Shown here piece after piece: positions 13,156 to 25,757 of a stretch of 64,000 nt of DNA (its first letter is position 1; every line of letters begins with the position of its first letter). The position numbers and the translations under genes are program-made. The DNA is from Eledone cirrhosa (taxonomy: Eukaryota): the NCBI GenBank assembly GCA_964016885.1, contig OZ024749.1, forward strand, positions 36,518,001 to 36,582,000. The letters run 5' to 3'. The notes under the pieces were generated by a model, which was given only the letters and a program-made list of their open reading frames with translations, was not told the origin of the DNA and searched no databases.

Positions 13156-13617
13156 ACGAAAGGCCGGTTATATGATGCCTATGTGAGGAGCGCGATGCTG
13201 CATAGTAGTGAGACATGGGCAGCAACTGCAGAGGATATGTGACGGTTGGAGAGAAATGAGTCAAGTATGTTCCGTTGGATGTGCAATGTCAATGTGTGTG
13301 AACGAACCAGCATGAATGTGTTGAGAGGGATAGAACGTAGTGCGCGAGAGAGGAGACTGAGGGGGTATGGACATGTGATGCACATGGAGGATGACCGATG
13401 GGTAAAGAAGTGCCAGGAAATGGCAGTTGAAGGAAGACGTGGTAGAGGTAGACCACGAAAAACATGGGCGGAGGTGGTGAGAATGGACCTCAGATCGCTG
13501 AAGCTCACGGTGGAGATGACGAAGGACCGTGACAAGTGGAGAGATGCTGTGCTGAATAAGACCCATCCCACCCTTGCAAGCAGGGAAAAGCGGACGTAAA
13601 ATGATGATGATGATGAT
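13156..13617 (+). mobile_element. 5'-truncated RTE-type LINE, C-terminal ORF fragment and 3' tail
   Basis: Translates KGRLYDAYVRSAMLHSSETW...M*RLERNESSMFRWMCNV...RERRLRGYGHVMHM...EGRRGRGRPRKTW...DRDKWR, the typical post-RT region of RTE-clade elements. Premature TGA at 13240; ends in (GAT)n. Confidence 0.9.
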
Positions 13618-14685
13618 ATTCACATACAAACATGCCTTCTTTTTCATGAACATTCCACATGGAAAGCAAGCGTGCAATTTATATTGTAAAATGGAAGTAC
13701 AACTTATACTTAGGTATATAGGACATAGATATGCTGATGCCACAATAAAATGAACCCAGTACACACTGTAGAGCTGTTGGTGTTAAGAAAGGCATCCAGC
13801 CATAGAAACCTTCCCAAAAACAGAATATTGCCACCCTAGCCTGCTTTGGAGGGTTGTAGCTCCAAGTAAGGACTGACTTAAAGCAGAATAACCCATCCAA
13901 ACTAAAAATAAAGATGTATATATATTATATATAAACTATTTTACTGGCTTCATCCGTGTAGCTGGACCCAAGCTGTCTCACTTAACTCCTTTGAAACCAA
14001 ACCACCCAAAGCCAGTGTTTTTCATAAGAAATATGGTAACGAAAGTAAACCATAAGACATTCTTGAAAAGTACAAAACAACATTTTGGCTGCATCACATT
14101 AAATATTATAACCTATACTCTAACAATGCAAATTTTCACAATGAACTTTGCAGTAGTAAACATGCTATAAATATTTGAATTAAATAACCTATTTTTAGAT
14201 ATTTTCTCTGAAATCATTACAGAATGCTAAATATTAACAGCTTTGTATATGAAACATTTTGAGATTAAATGACTGTATCAATAAAAATTGAAGTCTTTAT
14301 CCAAGACTTTATACGGAGCAAACCGTAACAGTTGGAATATACTCGTTTGAGGACTCTACCCCCATGACCTTCTCAGGAATAAGTGGGCGAAGAAGTCTTT
14401 ACCTTTACACAGCAAATTTTCACAATGATCTGACCACTAGTAAAATATACTATAGATATTTGAATTAACAACCCTGTTTTTTAGATATTTTCTGCTAAAC
14501 CATTACAGGATGTTATGGATGACTAGTTGACTGTAAGGTAAATCCTGTGATGCATCTTCAAATGATTATAGAATGTTAAGGATGGCTAGCTGATTGTAAG
14601 GTAAAGCCTGTTGCATATCTAAATTATTACAGGGTGTTAATGATGATTTGTTGGTTGTATGGTAAAACCTGTGATACATCTTAAA

Positions 14686-14894
14686 CCCTTTAGCATTTAA
14701 AACCAGCCATATCCGGTCAGAATTCTCTCACCTCTTCCTGTTCAAACCGGCTGTAACTGGCCTCTCATACTGATGTTAAGGTATTGTTCTCAAAATCGAT
14801 AACATCAAAATCTCATAGACTCAATATTATGTGAGGTAAAGCCTTTACCATGAAAATGCAATAATATATATAGAGTAATGTAAATACTAAAGGG
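14686..14894. mobile_element. piggyBac-type MITE, family 1
   Basis: ccctttagcattta ... taaatactaaaggg|TTAA; internal sequence matches 10201-10390. Confidence 0.75.
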
Positions 14895-15047
14895 TTAAGC
14901 CATTGTAGTTATCTGCTGAAATCTCCTGTTAATACAACATCAATATGGTGTTAATCAATAAACATGATAGATCTTTAGCAACTTTTATAGTTGCCAACTT
15001 AGAAAGTTTGGTTTGGTTTGATTTGGTAAACTGGTTAACGTCACTAT

Positions 15048-17480
15048 CTTATGACTGTCATATGACTGTCGCAGTTGTACAACTGTCGCAGTCATATGAC
15101 TGTCGTAGTTATATGACTGTCGCAGTTATATGACTGTCTCAGTTATATGACTGTCTCAGTTATATGACTGTCGCAGTTATACAACTGTCTCAGTTATATG
15201 ACTGTCGCAGTTATACAACTGTCGCAGTTATATGACTGTCGCAGTTATACAACTGTCTCAGTTATATGACTGTCGCAGTTATACAACTGTCGCAGTTATA
15301 TGACTGTCGCAGTTATATGACTGTCGCAGTTATACAACTGTTGTAGTCATATGACTGTCGTAGTTATATGACTGTCGCAGTTATATGACTGTCGCAGTTA
15401 TACAACTGTCGCAGTCATATGACTGTCGCAGTCATATGACTGTCGCAGTTATACAACTGTCGCAGTCATATGACTGTCGTAGTTATATGACTGTCGTAGT
15501 TATATGACTGTCGTAGTTATATGACTGTCGCAGTTATACAACTGTCGCAGTCATATGACTGTCGCAGTTATACAACTGTCGCAGTCATATGACTGTCGTA
15601 GTTATATGACTGTCGCAGTTATACAACTGTCGCAGTCATATGACTCGTAGTTATATGACTGTAGCAGTTATATGACTGTAGCAGTTATATGACTGTCGTA
15701 GTTATATGACTGTCGTAGTTATATGACTGTCGCAGTTATATGACTGTCGCAGTTATATGACTGTCGCAGTTATATGACTGTAGCAGTTATACAACTGTCG
15801 CAGTTATATGACTGTCGTAGTTATATGACTGTCGCAGTTATATGACTGTCGCAGTCATATGACTGTTGCAGTTATATGACTGTCGCAGTTATATGACTGT
15901 CGCAGTTATATGACTGTAGCAGTTATACAACTGTCGCAGTTATATGACTGTCGTAGTTATATGACTGTCGCAGTTATATGACTGTCTCAGTTATATGACT
16001 GTCTCAGTTATATGACTGTCGCAGTTATATGACTGTCGCAGTTATATGACTGTAGCAGTTATACAACTGTCGCAGTTATATGACTGTCGTAGTTATATGA
16101 CTGTCGCAGTTATATGACTGTCGCAGTCATATGACTGTTGCAGTTATATGACTGTCGCAGTCATATGACTGTTGCAGTTATATGACTGTCGCAGTTATAT
16201 GACTGTCGCAGTTATATGACTGTAGCAGTTATACAACTGTCGCAGTTATATGACTGTCGTAGTTATATGACTGTCGCAGTTATATGACTGTCTCAGTTAT
16301 ATGACTGTCTCAGTTATATGACTGTCGCAGTTATATGACTGTCGCAGTTATATGACTGTCGCAGTTATACAACTGTCGCAGTTATACGACTGTCGCAGTT
16401 ATACGACTGTCGCAGTTATACGACTGTCGCAGTTATATGACTGTGACAGTCATATGGCTGTAGCAGTTATATGACTGTCGCAGTTATATGACTGTCGCAG
16501 TTATATGACTGTCGCAGTTATGACTGTCGCAGTTATACAACTGTCACAGTTATATGACTGTCGCAGTTATATGACTGTTGCAGTTATACAACTGTCACAG
16601 TTATATGACTGTCGCAGTTATACAACTGTCACAGTTATATGGCTGTCGCAGTTATATGACTGTGACAGTCATATGGCTGTAGCAGTTATATGACTGTCGC
16701 AGTTATACAACTGTCGTAGTTATATGACTGTCGCAGTTATATGACTGTCGCAGTTATATGACTGTCGTAGTTATATGACTGTCGCAGTTATATGACTGTC
16801 GCAGTTATATGACTGTCGCAGTTATATGACTGTCGCAGTTATATGACTGTCGCAGTTATATGACTGTTGCAGTTATATGACTGTTGCAGTTATATGACTG
16901 TCGTAGTTATACGACTGTCGCAGTTATATGACTGTCGCAGTTATATGACTGTTGCAGTTATATGACTGTTGCAGTTATATGACTGTTGCAGTTATATGGC
17001 TGTTGCAGTTATATGACTGTCGCAGTTATATGACTGTCGTAGTTATACAACTGTCGCAGTTATACGACTGTCGCAGTTATACGACTGTCGCAGTTATATG
17101 ACTGTCGCAGTTATATGACTGTCGCAGCTATATGACTGTCGCAGCTATATGACTGTCGCAGCTATATGACTGTCGCAGCTATATGACTGTCGCAGTCATA
17201 TGACTGCCGCAGTCATATGGCTGTCGCAGTCATATGGCTGTCGCAATTATGACTGCGACAGTCATATGACTGTCGCAGTTATATGATTCTCGCAGTTATA
17301 TGACTGTGACAGTCATATGGCTGTCGCAGTTATATGACTGTCAGTCTTACGACTGTCGCAATCTTACGGCCGTCACTGTCTAATGGCTGCTACAACCTTA
17401 TGACTCGCAGTCTTATGAGTGTCGCAGTCTAATGGCTTCTACAACCTTATGACTGTCGCAGTCTAATGGCTGTCACTGTC
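15048..17480. repeat. 17-bp quasi-palindromic minisatellite, about 140 copies
   Basis: Unit atgactgtcgcagttat (variant atgactgtcgcagtcat); degenerates at the right edge. Confidence 0.97.
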
Positions 17481-17727
17481 ATATTACTGTGTATCATATA
17501 CTTTAACTGCTTTACTGTTACTATAATATTAGTCACACTTATTACTGTAACAATTTTACTATTGTCACTGTCGTAGTACTGTCATGGTGTGACAATGCCG
17601 GCCCTTTGAAATACAGGTACACTCTATCTTTCAGGCTTTCACACAGCTTCTGTCTACCAAATTTCATACACAAGTCTTGGGTTGTCCTTAGGTTTGAACC
17701 TAACCTGTCATAATTATTGTGTGAAAT

Positions 17728-17908
17728 TGGCAGTATCGGTAGAGGGTCAGACACCATGCTTTCCAGCATAGTTACGTCCCTTTACGATCTGAGTTCAAAT
17801 CCCGCCGAGGTTGACTTTGCCTTTCATCCTTACGAGGTCGATAAAATAAAGTACCAGTAATGCACTGGGATAATTGATGGCCTTGTGCCAAAAGTAGAAA
17901 CAATTATT
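17728..17908 (+). mobile_element. tRNA-derived SINE family A
   Basis: A-box-like tggcagtatcgg, B box gagttcaaatccc, central gcctttcatccttacgaggtcgataaaataaagtaccag, tail ggccttgtgccaaaagtagaaacaattatt. Confidence 0.9.
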
Positions 17909-18259
17909 GTGTGAACTTCTGAATCATTCAACCAAATTGTATCTATTTTGTTGTTGATGTTGTTACAGCTTATACTTGTGAAAGGTTAGCTGACCTGCCG
18001 CAAGATTGGGGGGGGGGGGGTTAATGATAGGGGTTCAGTCCTTTCATATTGTTGTTACAGTTCACACCTATGTAAGTTTATCTGGCTTATGAGGTTGTAC
18101 CATTGGAGGTTTTTCTTTTAATGATAGCTGCCCCAGCCATGCTGTGTATACGTAGTAGTGTATTTAAGTTCCCACAATCACCACTATGGTATTGCTGCAG
18201 AATCCTTTGTTCCATGTTCTGTTGTAAAACTAAATCAAGTTATTATTTTTATTGGTGAA

Positions 18260-18442
18260 TTGGCAGTATCGGTAGAGGGTCGGACGCCATGCTTTGACGC
18301 ATAGAGTTACGGCCCTTGCCATTCTGAGTTCAAATCCCGCCGAGGTTAACTTTGCCTTTCATCCTTACGGGGTCGATAAAATAAAGTACCAGTAATACAC
18401 TGGGAAATTGCTGGCCTTGTGCCAAAAGTAGAAACAATTATT
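18260..18442 (+). mobile_element. tRNA-derived SINE family A
   Basis: Full-length match to the same consensus. Confidence 0.9.
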
Positions 18443-18659
18443 TTTATTCACAATAAACACAACAACAGCTACTACAGTAATTACAACCACGACAACAATG
18501 TCATCTTAGTCCAACAGATCCAACTAGGAAACCAGTGAGTGATGGAGTTTTGATTAAAAATACAGACTAGATCCACACTTTTGTTTAACAACAAATTGGT
18601 AGTGGTGGTGTGTGTGTGTGTGTTTGTTTATTTGTATGAGTGTAAATGCATGTATATCT

Positions 18660-18666
18660 ATGTAAC

Positions 18667-18698
<32 letters not shown>

Positions 18699-18767
18699 AT
18701 GTATATATATATGTATATATATATATATATATATGTATATATAAATATGTGTATGTATATATATATG

Positions 18768-18799
<32 letters not shown>

Positions 18800-19590
18800 A
18801 ATATGTATATATATGTATATATGTATATATATATATGTATATATGTATATATAAATATGTATATATATGTATATATATATGTATATATGTATATATATAT
18901 GTATATATATGTATATATATATGTATATATATGTATATATATGTATATATAAATATGTATATATATATGTATATATATGTATATATAAATATGTATATAT
19001 ATCTGTATATATATGTATATATAAATATGTATATATATATATAAATCTGTATATATATGTATATATAAATATGTATATATATATATAAATATGTATATAT
19101 ATGTATATATAAATATGTATATGTATATATAAATATGTATATATATGTATATATAAATATGTATATATATATGTATATATATGTATATATAAATATGTAT
19201 ATATATATGTATATATATGTATATATAAATATGTATATGTATATATAAATATGTATATATAAATATGTATATATATATATATGTATATATATGTATATAT
19301 AAATATATATATGTATATATATATGTATATGTATATATGTATATGTATATATAAATATGTATATATATATATGTATATATATGTATATTTGTGTGTATAT
19401 ATATATATGTATATATATATACACAAATATATATATATACACAAATATATATATATATATATATATACACACAAATATACATATACATATATATATATAT
19501 ACACAAATATACATATATAAATACATATACATATTTATATACACATATATACATATTTATATCACTTCTATATATATAGATATATAAAAT
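18660..19590. repeat. (TA)n-rich compound microsatellite
   Basis: Directly visible. Confidence 0.95.
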
Positions 19591-19813
19591 TCCTGAGAGT
19601 ATAATGTGGTTTTTCATTAAGTGTAAATATCTTCTTGGAATCTCTTCAATAGATATAGAGAATTTCCAAAGAATTGGTGGCTGTTGTTTACTTTAAGATA
19701 TATATATAAGACCCGTCCCACCCTTGCAAGCAGGGAAAAGCAGACGTAAAATGATGATGATGATGATGATGATATGTATATATTATTTAGAAAACATAAG
19801 AGACACAAACATA

Positions 19814-19869
<56 letters not shown>

Positions 19870-20021
19870 ATATATATATATATATATATAGATATATATA
19901 TTTATTTATTTAAAACTATATTGTTGGTTTCCATGGTAGCACAAATCTGTGGAGATATGACATTAATGGGTTGTTAAAGTGTTGCTAGTTGGTTAGTTGT
20001 GGATAGTTTATTGACCACCAT

Positions 20022-23000
20022 TGATAGTGGTGATGGTGGCTGGAGATTGTAGTGCAGGTGGTAGTGGTGGTAGTGGTGGTGGTGGCTGTAGATTGTAGTG
20101 GAGGTGGTAGTGGTGGTGGTAGTGGTGATGGTGGCTGTAGATTGTAGTGGTGATGGTAGTGGTGGTGGTGGCTGTAGATTGTAGTGGTGATGGTGGCTGG
20201 AGATTGTAGTGGTGGTGGTAGTGGTGATGGTGGCTGTAGATTGTAGTGGTGGTGGTAGTGGTGGTGGTGGCTGTAGATTGTAGTGGTGGTGGTAGTGGTG
20301 GTGGTGGCTGTAGATTGTAGTGGTGATGGTGGCTGGAGATTGTAGTGGAGGTGGTGGTGGTGGCTGTAGATTGTAGTGGTGCTGGTAGTGGTGATGGTGG
20401 CTGGAGATTGTAGTGGAGGTGGTAGTGGTGGTAGTGGTGGTGGTAGTGGTGATGGTGGCTGTAGATTGTAGTGGTGCTGGTAGTGGTGGTGGTGGCTGTA
20501 GATTGTAGTGGTGATGGTGGCTGGAGATTGTAGTGGAGGTGGTAGTGGTGATGGTGGTGGTAGTGGTGATGGTGGCTGTAGATTGTAGTGGAGGTGGTAG
20601 TGGTGGTAGTGGTGATGGTGGCTGTAGATTGTAGTGGAGGTGGTAGTGGTGGTAGTGGTGATGGTGGCTGTAGATTGTAGTGGTGATGGTGGCTGGAGAT
20701 TGTAGTGGAGGTGGTAGTGGTGATGGTGGCTGTAGATTGTAGTAGTGGTGGTAGTGGTGGTGGTGGCTGTAGATTGTAGTGGTGATGGTGGCTGGAGATT
20801 GTAGTGGAGGTGGTAGTGGTGATGGTGGCTGTAGATTGTAGTGGTGCTGGTAGTGGTGGTGGTGGTGGCTGTAGATTGTAGTGGTGATGGTGGCTGGAGA
20901 TTGTAGTGGAGGTGGTAGTGGTGATGGTGGCTGTAGATTGTAGTGGTGGTGGTAGTGGTGGTGACTCGCTGTAGATTGTAGTGGTAGTGGTGGTAGTGGT
21001 GGTGACTCGCTGTAGATTGTAGTGGTAGTGGTGGTAGTGGTGGTGACTCGCTGTAGATTGTAGTGGTAGTGGTGGTAGTGGTGGTGACTCGCTGTAGATG
21101 GTAGTGGTGGTAGTGGTGGTGACTCGCTGTAGATTGTAGTGGTGCTGGTAGTGGTGGTGACTCGCTGTAGATTGTAGTGGTGGTGGTACTGGTGATGGTG
21201 GCTGTAGATTGTAGTGGTGGTGGTAGTGGTGGTGACTCGCTGTAGATTGTAGTGGTGGTGAATCTCTGTAGATTGTAGTGGTGGTGGTAGTGACTCGCTG
21301 TAGATTGTAGTAGTGGTGGTAGTGGCTCGCTGTAGATTGTAGTGGTGGTGAATCTCTGTAGATTGTGGTGGTAGTGGTGGTGACTCGCTGTAGATTGTAG
21401 TAGTGGTGGTAGTGGTGGTGACTCGCTGTAGATTGTAGTAGTGGTGGTAGTGGTGGTGACTCGCTGTAGATTGTAGTAGTGGTGGTAATGGTGGTGACTT
21501 GCTGTAGATTGTAATGGTAGTGGTGGTAGTGGTGGTGACTCGCTGTAGATTGTAGTGGTAGTGGTGGTAGTGGTGGTGACTCGCTGTAGATTGTAGTGGT
21601 AGTGGTGGTGACTCGCTGTAGATTGTAGTAGTGGTGGTAGTGGTGGTGACTCGCTGTAGATTGTAGTAGTGGTGGTAGTGGTGGTGACTTGCTGTAGATT
21701 GTAATGGTAGTGGTGGTAGTGGTGGTGACTCGCTGTAGATTGTAGTGGTAGTGGTGGTAGTGGTGGTGACTCGCTGTAGATTGTAGTGGTAGTGGTGGTA
21801 GTGGTGGTGACTTGCTGTAGCTTGTAGTGGTAGTGGTGGTAGTGGTGGTGACTCGCTGTAGATTGTAGTGGTAGTGGTGGTAGTGGTGGTGACTCGCTGT
21901 AGATTGTAGTGGTGGTGGTGGTAGTGGTGGTGACTCGCTGTAGATTGTAGTGGTAGTGGTGGTGACTCGCTGTAGATTGTGGTGGTAGTGGTGGTAGTGG
22001 TGGTGACTCGCTGTAGATTGTAATGGTAGTGGTGGTAGTGGTGGTGACTCGCTGTAGATTGTAGTGGTAGTGGTGGTGACTCGCTGTAGATTGTGGTGGT
22101 AGTGGTGGTAGTGGTGGTGACTCGCTGTAGATTGTAATGGTAGTGGTGGTAGTGGTGGTGACTCGCTGTAGATTGTAGTGGTAGTGGTGGTGACTCGCTG
22201 TAGATTGTGGTGGTAGTGGTGGTAGTGGTGGTGACTCGCTGTAGATTGTAGTAGTGGTGGTAGTGGTGGTGACTCGCTGTAGATTGTAGTAGTGGTGGTA
22301 GTGGTGGTGATTCGCTGTAGATTGTGGTGGTAGTGGTGGTAGTGGTGGTGATTCGCTGTAGATTGTGGTGGTAGTGGTGGTAGTGGTGGTGACTCGCTGT
22401 AGATTGTAGTGGTAGTGGTGGTAGTGGTGGTGACTCGCTGTAGATTGTAGTGGTAGTGGTGGTAGTGGTGGTGAATCGCTGTAGATTGTAGTGGTAGTGG
22501 TGGTAGTGGTGGTGACTCGCTGTAGATTGTAGTGGTAGTGGTGGTAGTGGTGGTGATTCGCTGTAGATTGTGGTGGTAGTGGTGGTAGTGGTGGTGACTC
22601 GCTGTAGATTGTAGTGGTAGTGGTGGTAGTGGTGGTGACTCGCTGTAGATTGTAGTGGTAGTGGTGGTAGTGGTGGTGAATCGCTGTAGATTGTAGTGGT
22701 AGTGGTGGTAGTGGTGGTGACTCGCTGTAGATTGTAGTGGTAGTGGTGGTAGTGGTGGTGACTCGCTGTAGATTGTAGTGGTAGTGGTGGTAGTGGTGGT
22801 GACTCGCTGTAGATTGTAGTGGTAGTGGTGGTAGTGGTGGTGAATCGCTGTAGATTGTAGTGGTAGTGGTGGTAGTGGTGGTGACTCGCTGTAGATTGTA
22901 GTGGTAGTGGTGGTAGTGGTGGTGACTCGCTGTAGATTGTAGTGGTAGTGGTGGTAGTGGTGGTGACTCGCTGTAGATTGTAGTAGTGGTGGTAGTGGTG

Positions 23001-24212
23001 GTGAATCGCTGTAGATTGTAGTAGTAGTGGTGGTAGTGGTGGTGACTCGCTGTAGATTGTAGTGGTAGTGGTGGTGACTTGCTGTAGATTGTGGTGGTAG
23101 TGGTGGTGACTCGCTGTAGATTGTAGTAGTGGCGGTAGTGGTGGTGAATCGCTGTAGATTGTAGTAGTAGTAGTGGTAGTGGTGGTAGTGGTGGTGACTC
23201 GCTGTAGATTGTAGTGGTGGTGGTAGTGGTGGTAGTGGTGGTGACTCGCTGTAGATTGTAGTAGTAGTGGTAGTGGTGGTGACTCGCTGTAGATTGTAGT
23301 GGTAGTGGTGGTAGTGGTGGTGACTCGCTGTAGATTGTAGTGGTAGTGGTGGTAGTGGTGGTGGTGGTAGTGGTGGTGACTCGCTGTAGATTGTAGTAGT
23401 AGTGGTAGTGGTGGTAGTGGTGGTGACTCGCTGTAGATTGTAGTGGTGATGGTAGTGGTGGTAGTGGTGGTGACTCGCTGTAGATTGTAGTGGTGGTGGT
23501 AGTGGTGGTAGTGGTGGTGACTCGCTGTAGATTGTAGTGGTGGTGGTAGTGGTGGTAGTGGTGGTGACTCGCTGTAGATTGTAGTGGTGGTGGTAGTGGT
23601 GGTAGCGGTGGTGACTCGCTGTAGATTGTAGTGGTGGTGGTAGTGGTGGTAGTGGTGGTGACTCGCTGTAGATTGTAGTGGTGGTGGTGGTGGTGGTGGT
23701 AGTGGTGGTGACTCGCTGTAGATTGTAGTGGTGGTGGTAGTGGTGGTAGTGGTGGTGACTCGCTGTAGATTGTAGTGGTGGTGGTAGTGGTGGTAGTGGT
23801 GGTGACTCGCTGTAGATTGTAGTAGTAGTGGTAGTGGTGGTGACTCGCTGTAGATTGTAGTGGTAGTGGCAGTGGTGGTAGTGGTGGTGACTCGCTGTAG
23901 ATTGTAGTGGTGGTGGTAGTGGTGGTGACTCGCTGTAGATTGTAGTGGTGGTGGTAGTGGTGGTGACTCGCTGTAGATTGTAGTGGTGGTGGTAGTAGTG
24001 GTAGTGGTGGTGACTCGCTGTAGATTGTAGTGGTGGTGGTAGTAGTGGTAGTGGTGGTGACTCGCTGTAGATTGTAGTGGTGGTGGTAGTGGTGGTGACT
24101 CGCTGTAGATTGTAGTGGTGGTGGTAGTGGTGGTAGTGGTGGTGACTCGCTGTAGATTGTAGTAGTAGTGGTAGTGGTGGTGACTCGCTGTAGATTGTAG
24201 TGGTAGTGGCAC
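20022..24212. repeat. 4.2-kb GGT/AGT-rich variable-unit minisatellite
   Basis: Constant anchor (gactc)gctgtagattgta separated by variable (GGT/AGT)n runs; commonest unit about 41 bp. Confidence 0.97.
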
Positions 24213-24419
24213 TGGCTATAGGTAAATTAATATTTCTTAAATCCATTTCTCTGGTCAAATCCCATCCAATCTATTCAATCCTTCAGTTGATCTTGTGGTT
24301 AGAATGGTGGATGGTGGTGTGGGGAGGAATTAGTGACAAAAATAAAGATCAACTTTATAGAATTTAACTTATTCTACAACCTAGACTGATGGTGATGATT
24401 GTTGCTTTTAGTAGTAGTA

Positions 24420-24622
24420 GAGCATTGGACACCATGCTTTACAGCATAGAGTTACATCCCTTTATGTTTTGATTTCAGATCCCGCCAAGGTTAACTTTGC
24501 CTTTTATCCTTACGGGGTCGATAAAATAAAGTACCAGTCACACACTGGGGTCGATTAAATCGACTTTTCCCCCCTCCCCCAAAAGTGCTGGCCTTGTGCC
24601 TATATAAGAAACAATTATTATT
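24420..24622 (+). mobile_element. SINE family A (long variant)
   Basis: Matches the consensus, plus the ggggtcgattaaatcgactt...cccc insert. Confidence 0.8.
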
Positions 24623-24818
24623 ATTAAACCAAGATACACCATACCATTCACATGTATTATATGAACTCACACCATACCAGTCACATATGTTATACCAGCA
24701 TACACTATACCATTCACACGTTAGATCAACATACACCATACCATGTGAAGGCACATGTCCATATGGTTAGAGTGACAGTCCGACAATCATAAGGTTGTGG
24801 TTTGATTTCTGGACCAAA

Positions 24819-24985
24819 ATGATAGGACTGGGGCCACTATCAGTGAAACACAATGATAGGACTGGGGCCACTATCAGTGAAACACAATGATAGGACTGGG
24901 GCCACTATCAGTCAAGCACAATGATAGGACTGGGGCCACTATCAGTCAAGCACACAAGGATAGGACTGGGGGCCGCTATCATTAA
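24819..24985. repeat. 34-bp tandem repeat (about 5 copies) related to the SINE B internal hairpin
   Basis: Unit atgataggactggggccactatcagtgaaacaca; compare atgataggactggggtccctatcat at about 38064. Confidence 0.8.
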
Positions 24986-25599
24986 AACATCCAAAAAAGC
25001 CTGTAACTTCATAAGAGGCCAGGTAAACACTTGTAGGTATCAGCTCTAACAACAACAACAGCAGCAGCAGCAGCAGCAGCATAAAACTGTGGCTCCTATC
25101 ATTAAAACACTCAAGAAACCTCTTACCGGGTCAGTTAAACCTACATAGGTATGAAATATCTTTCATTTCTTTATACAACTTGCTGAAGTAAATCTTATCA
25201 AGGTCTTCCTTCCTGTCTGTCTGTCTGAAATTTATATTAAATGTGTAAATATCTCCGAGATCAGCTGTTGACCATATTGTTATAGTTTATGTCCCGAGTC
25301 ATTTGTTGACTATATGGTAGATATGATATGGAAATGTCTCTAAGTCTCCAAGATCAGTTGTTGTCCATATGGCTGTAGTTTTATGTCCTGAGTTCAAATC
25401 TTGTTCAGATCAACTTTTTCTCCTCCTCTCACTAAAGTTGATCAAATTAGGTACTGAGTTGATACATACGTGTGTATGCCCCCCCCGTCTAGCTTTTTCT
25501 CCAGCTTCGACGTTAGCGTCCAAGAGATAGAGCCATAAACAAGCACAGATTCCACAGCAGCTCTGAAGAAATTCCTTTTCAGTTTGGCCGGCAGCTCCA

Positions 25600-25757
25600 T
25601 GGCCATGCTTTGATGCATAGAGTTACGGCCCTTGCCATTCTGAGTTCAAATCCTGCCGAGGTTAACTTTGCCTTTCATCCTTACGGGGTCGATAAAATAA
25701 AGTACCAGTAATGCACTGGGTAATTGCTGGCCTTGTGCCAAAAAGTAGAAACAATTA
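25600..25757 (+). mobile_element. SINE family A (5'-truncated)
   Basis: B box and central domain match. Confidence 0.85.

Noticed and set aside
13246-13599. Host gene ORF of 117 aa
   Set aside because: C-terminal fragment of a truncated RTE LINE with an upstream in-frame stop.
19974-24258. 1412- and 1416-aa ORFs as mucin- or His-rich proteins
   Set aside because: Unit lengths are not multiples of 3, so each frame cycles through the same three peptides; openness reflects stop-free repeat composition.
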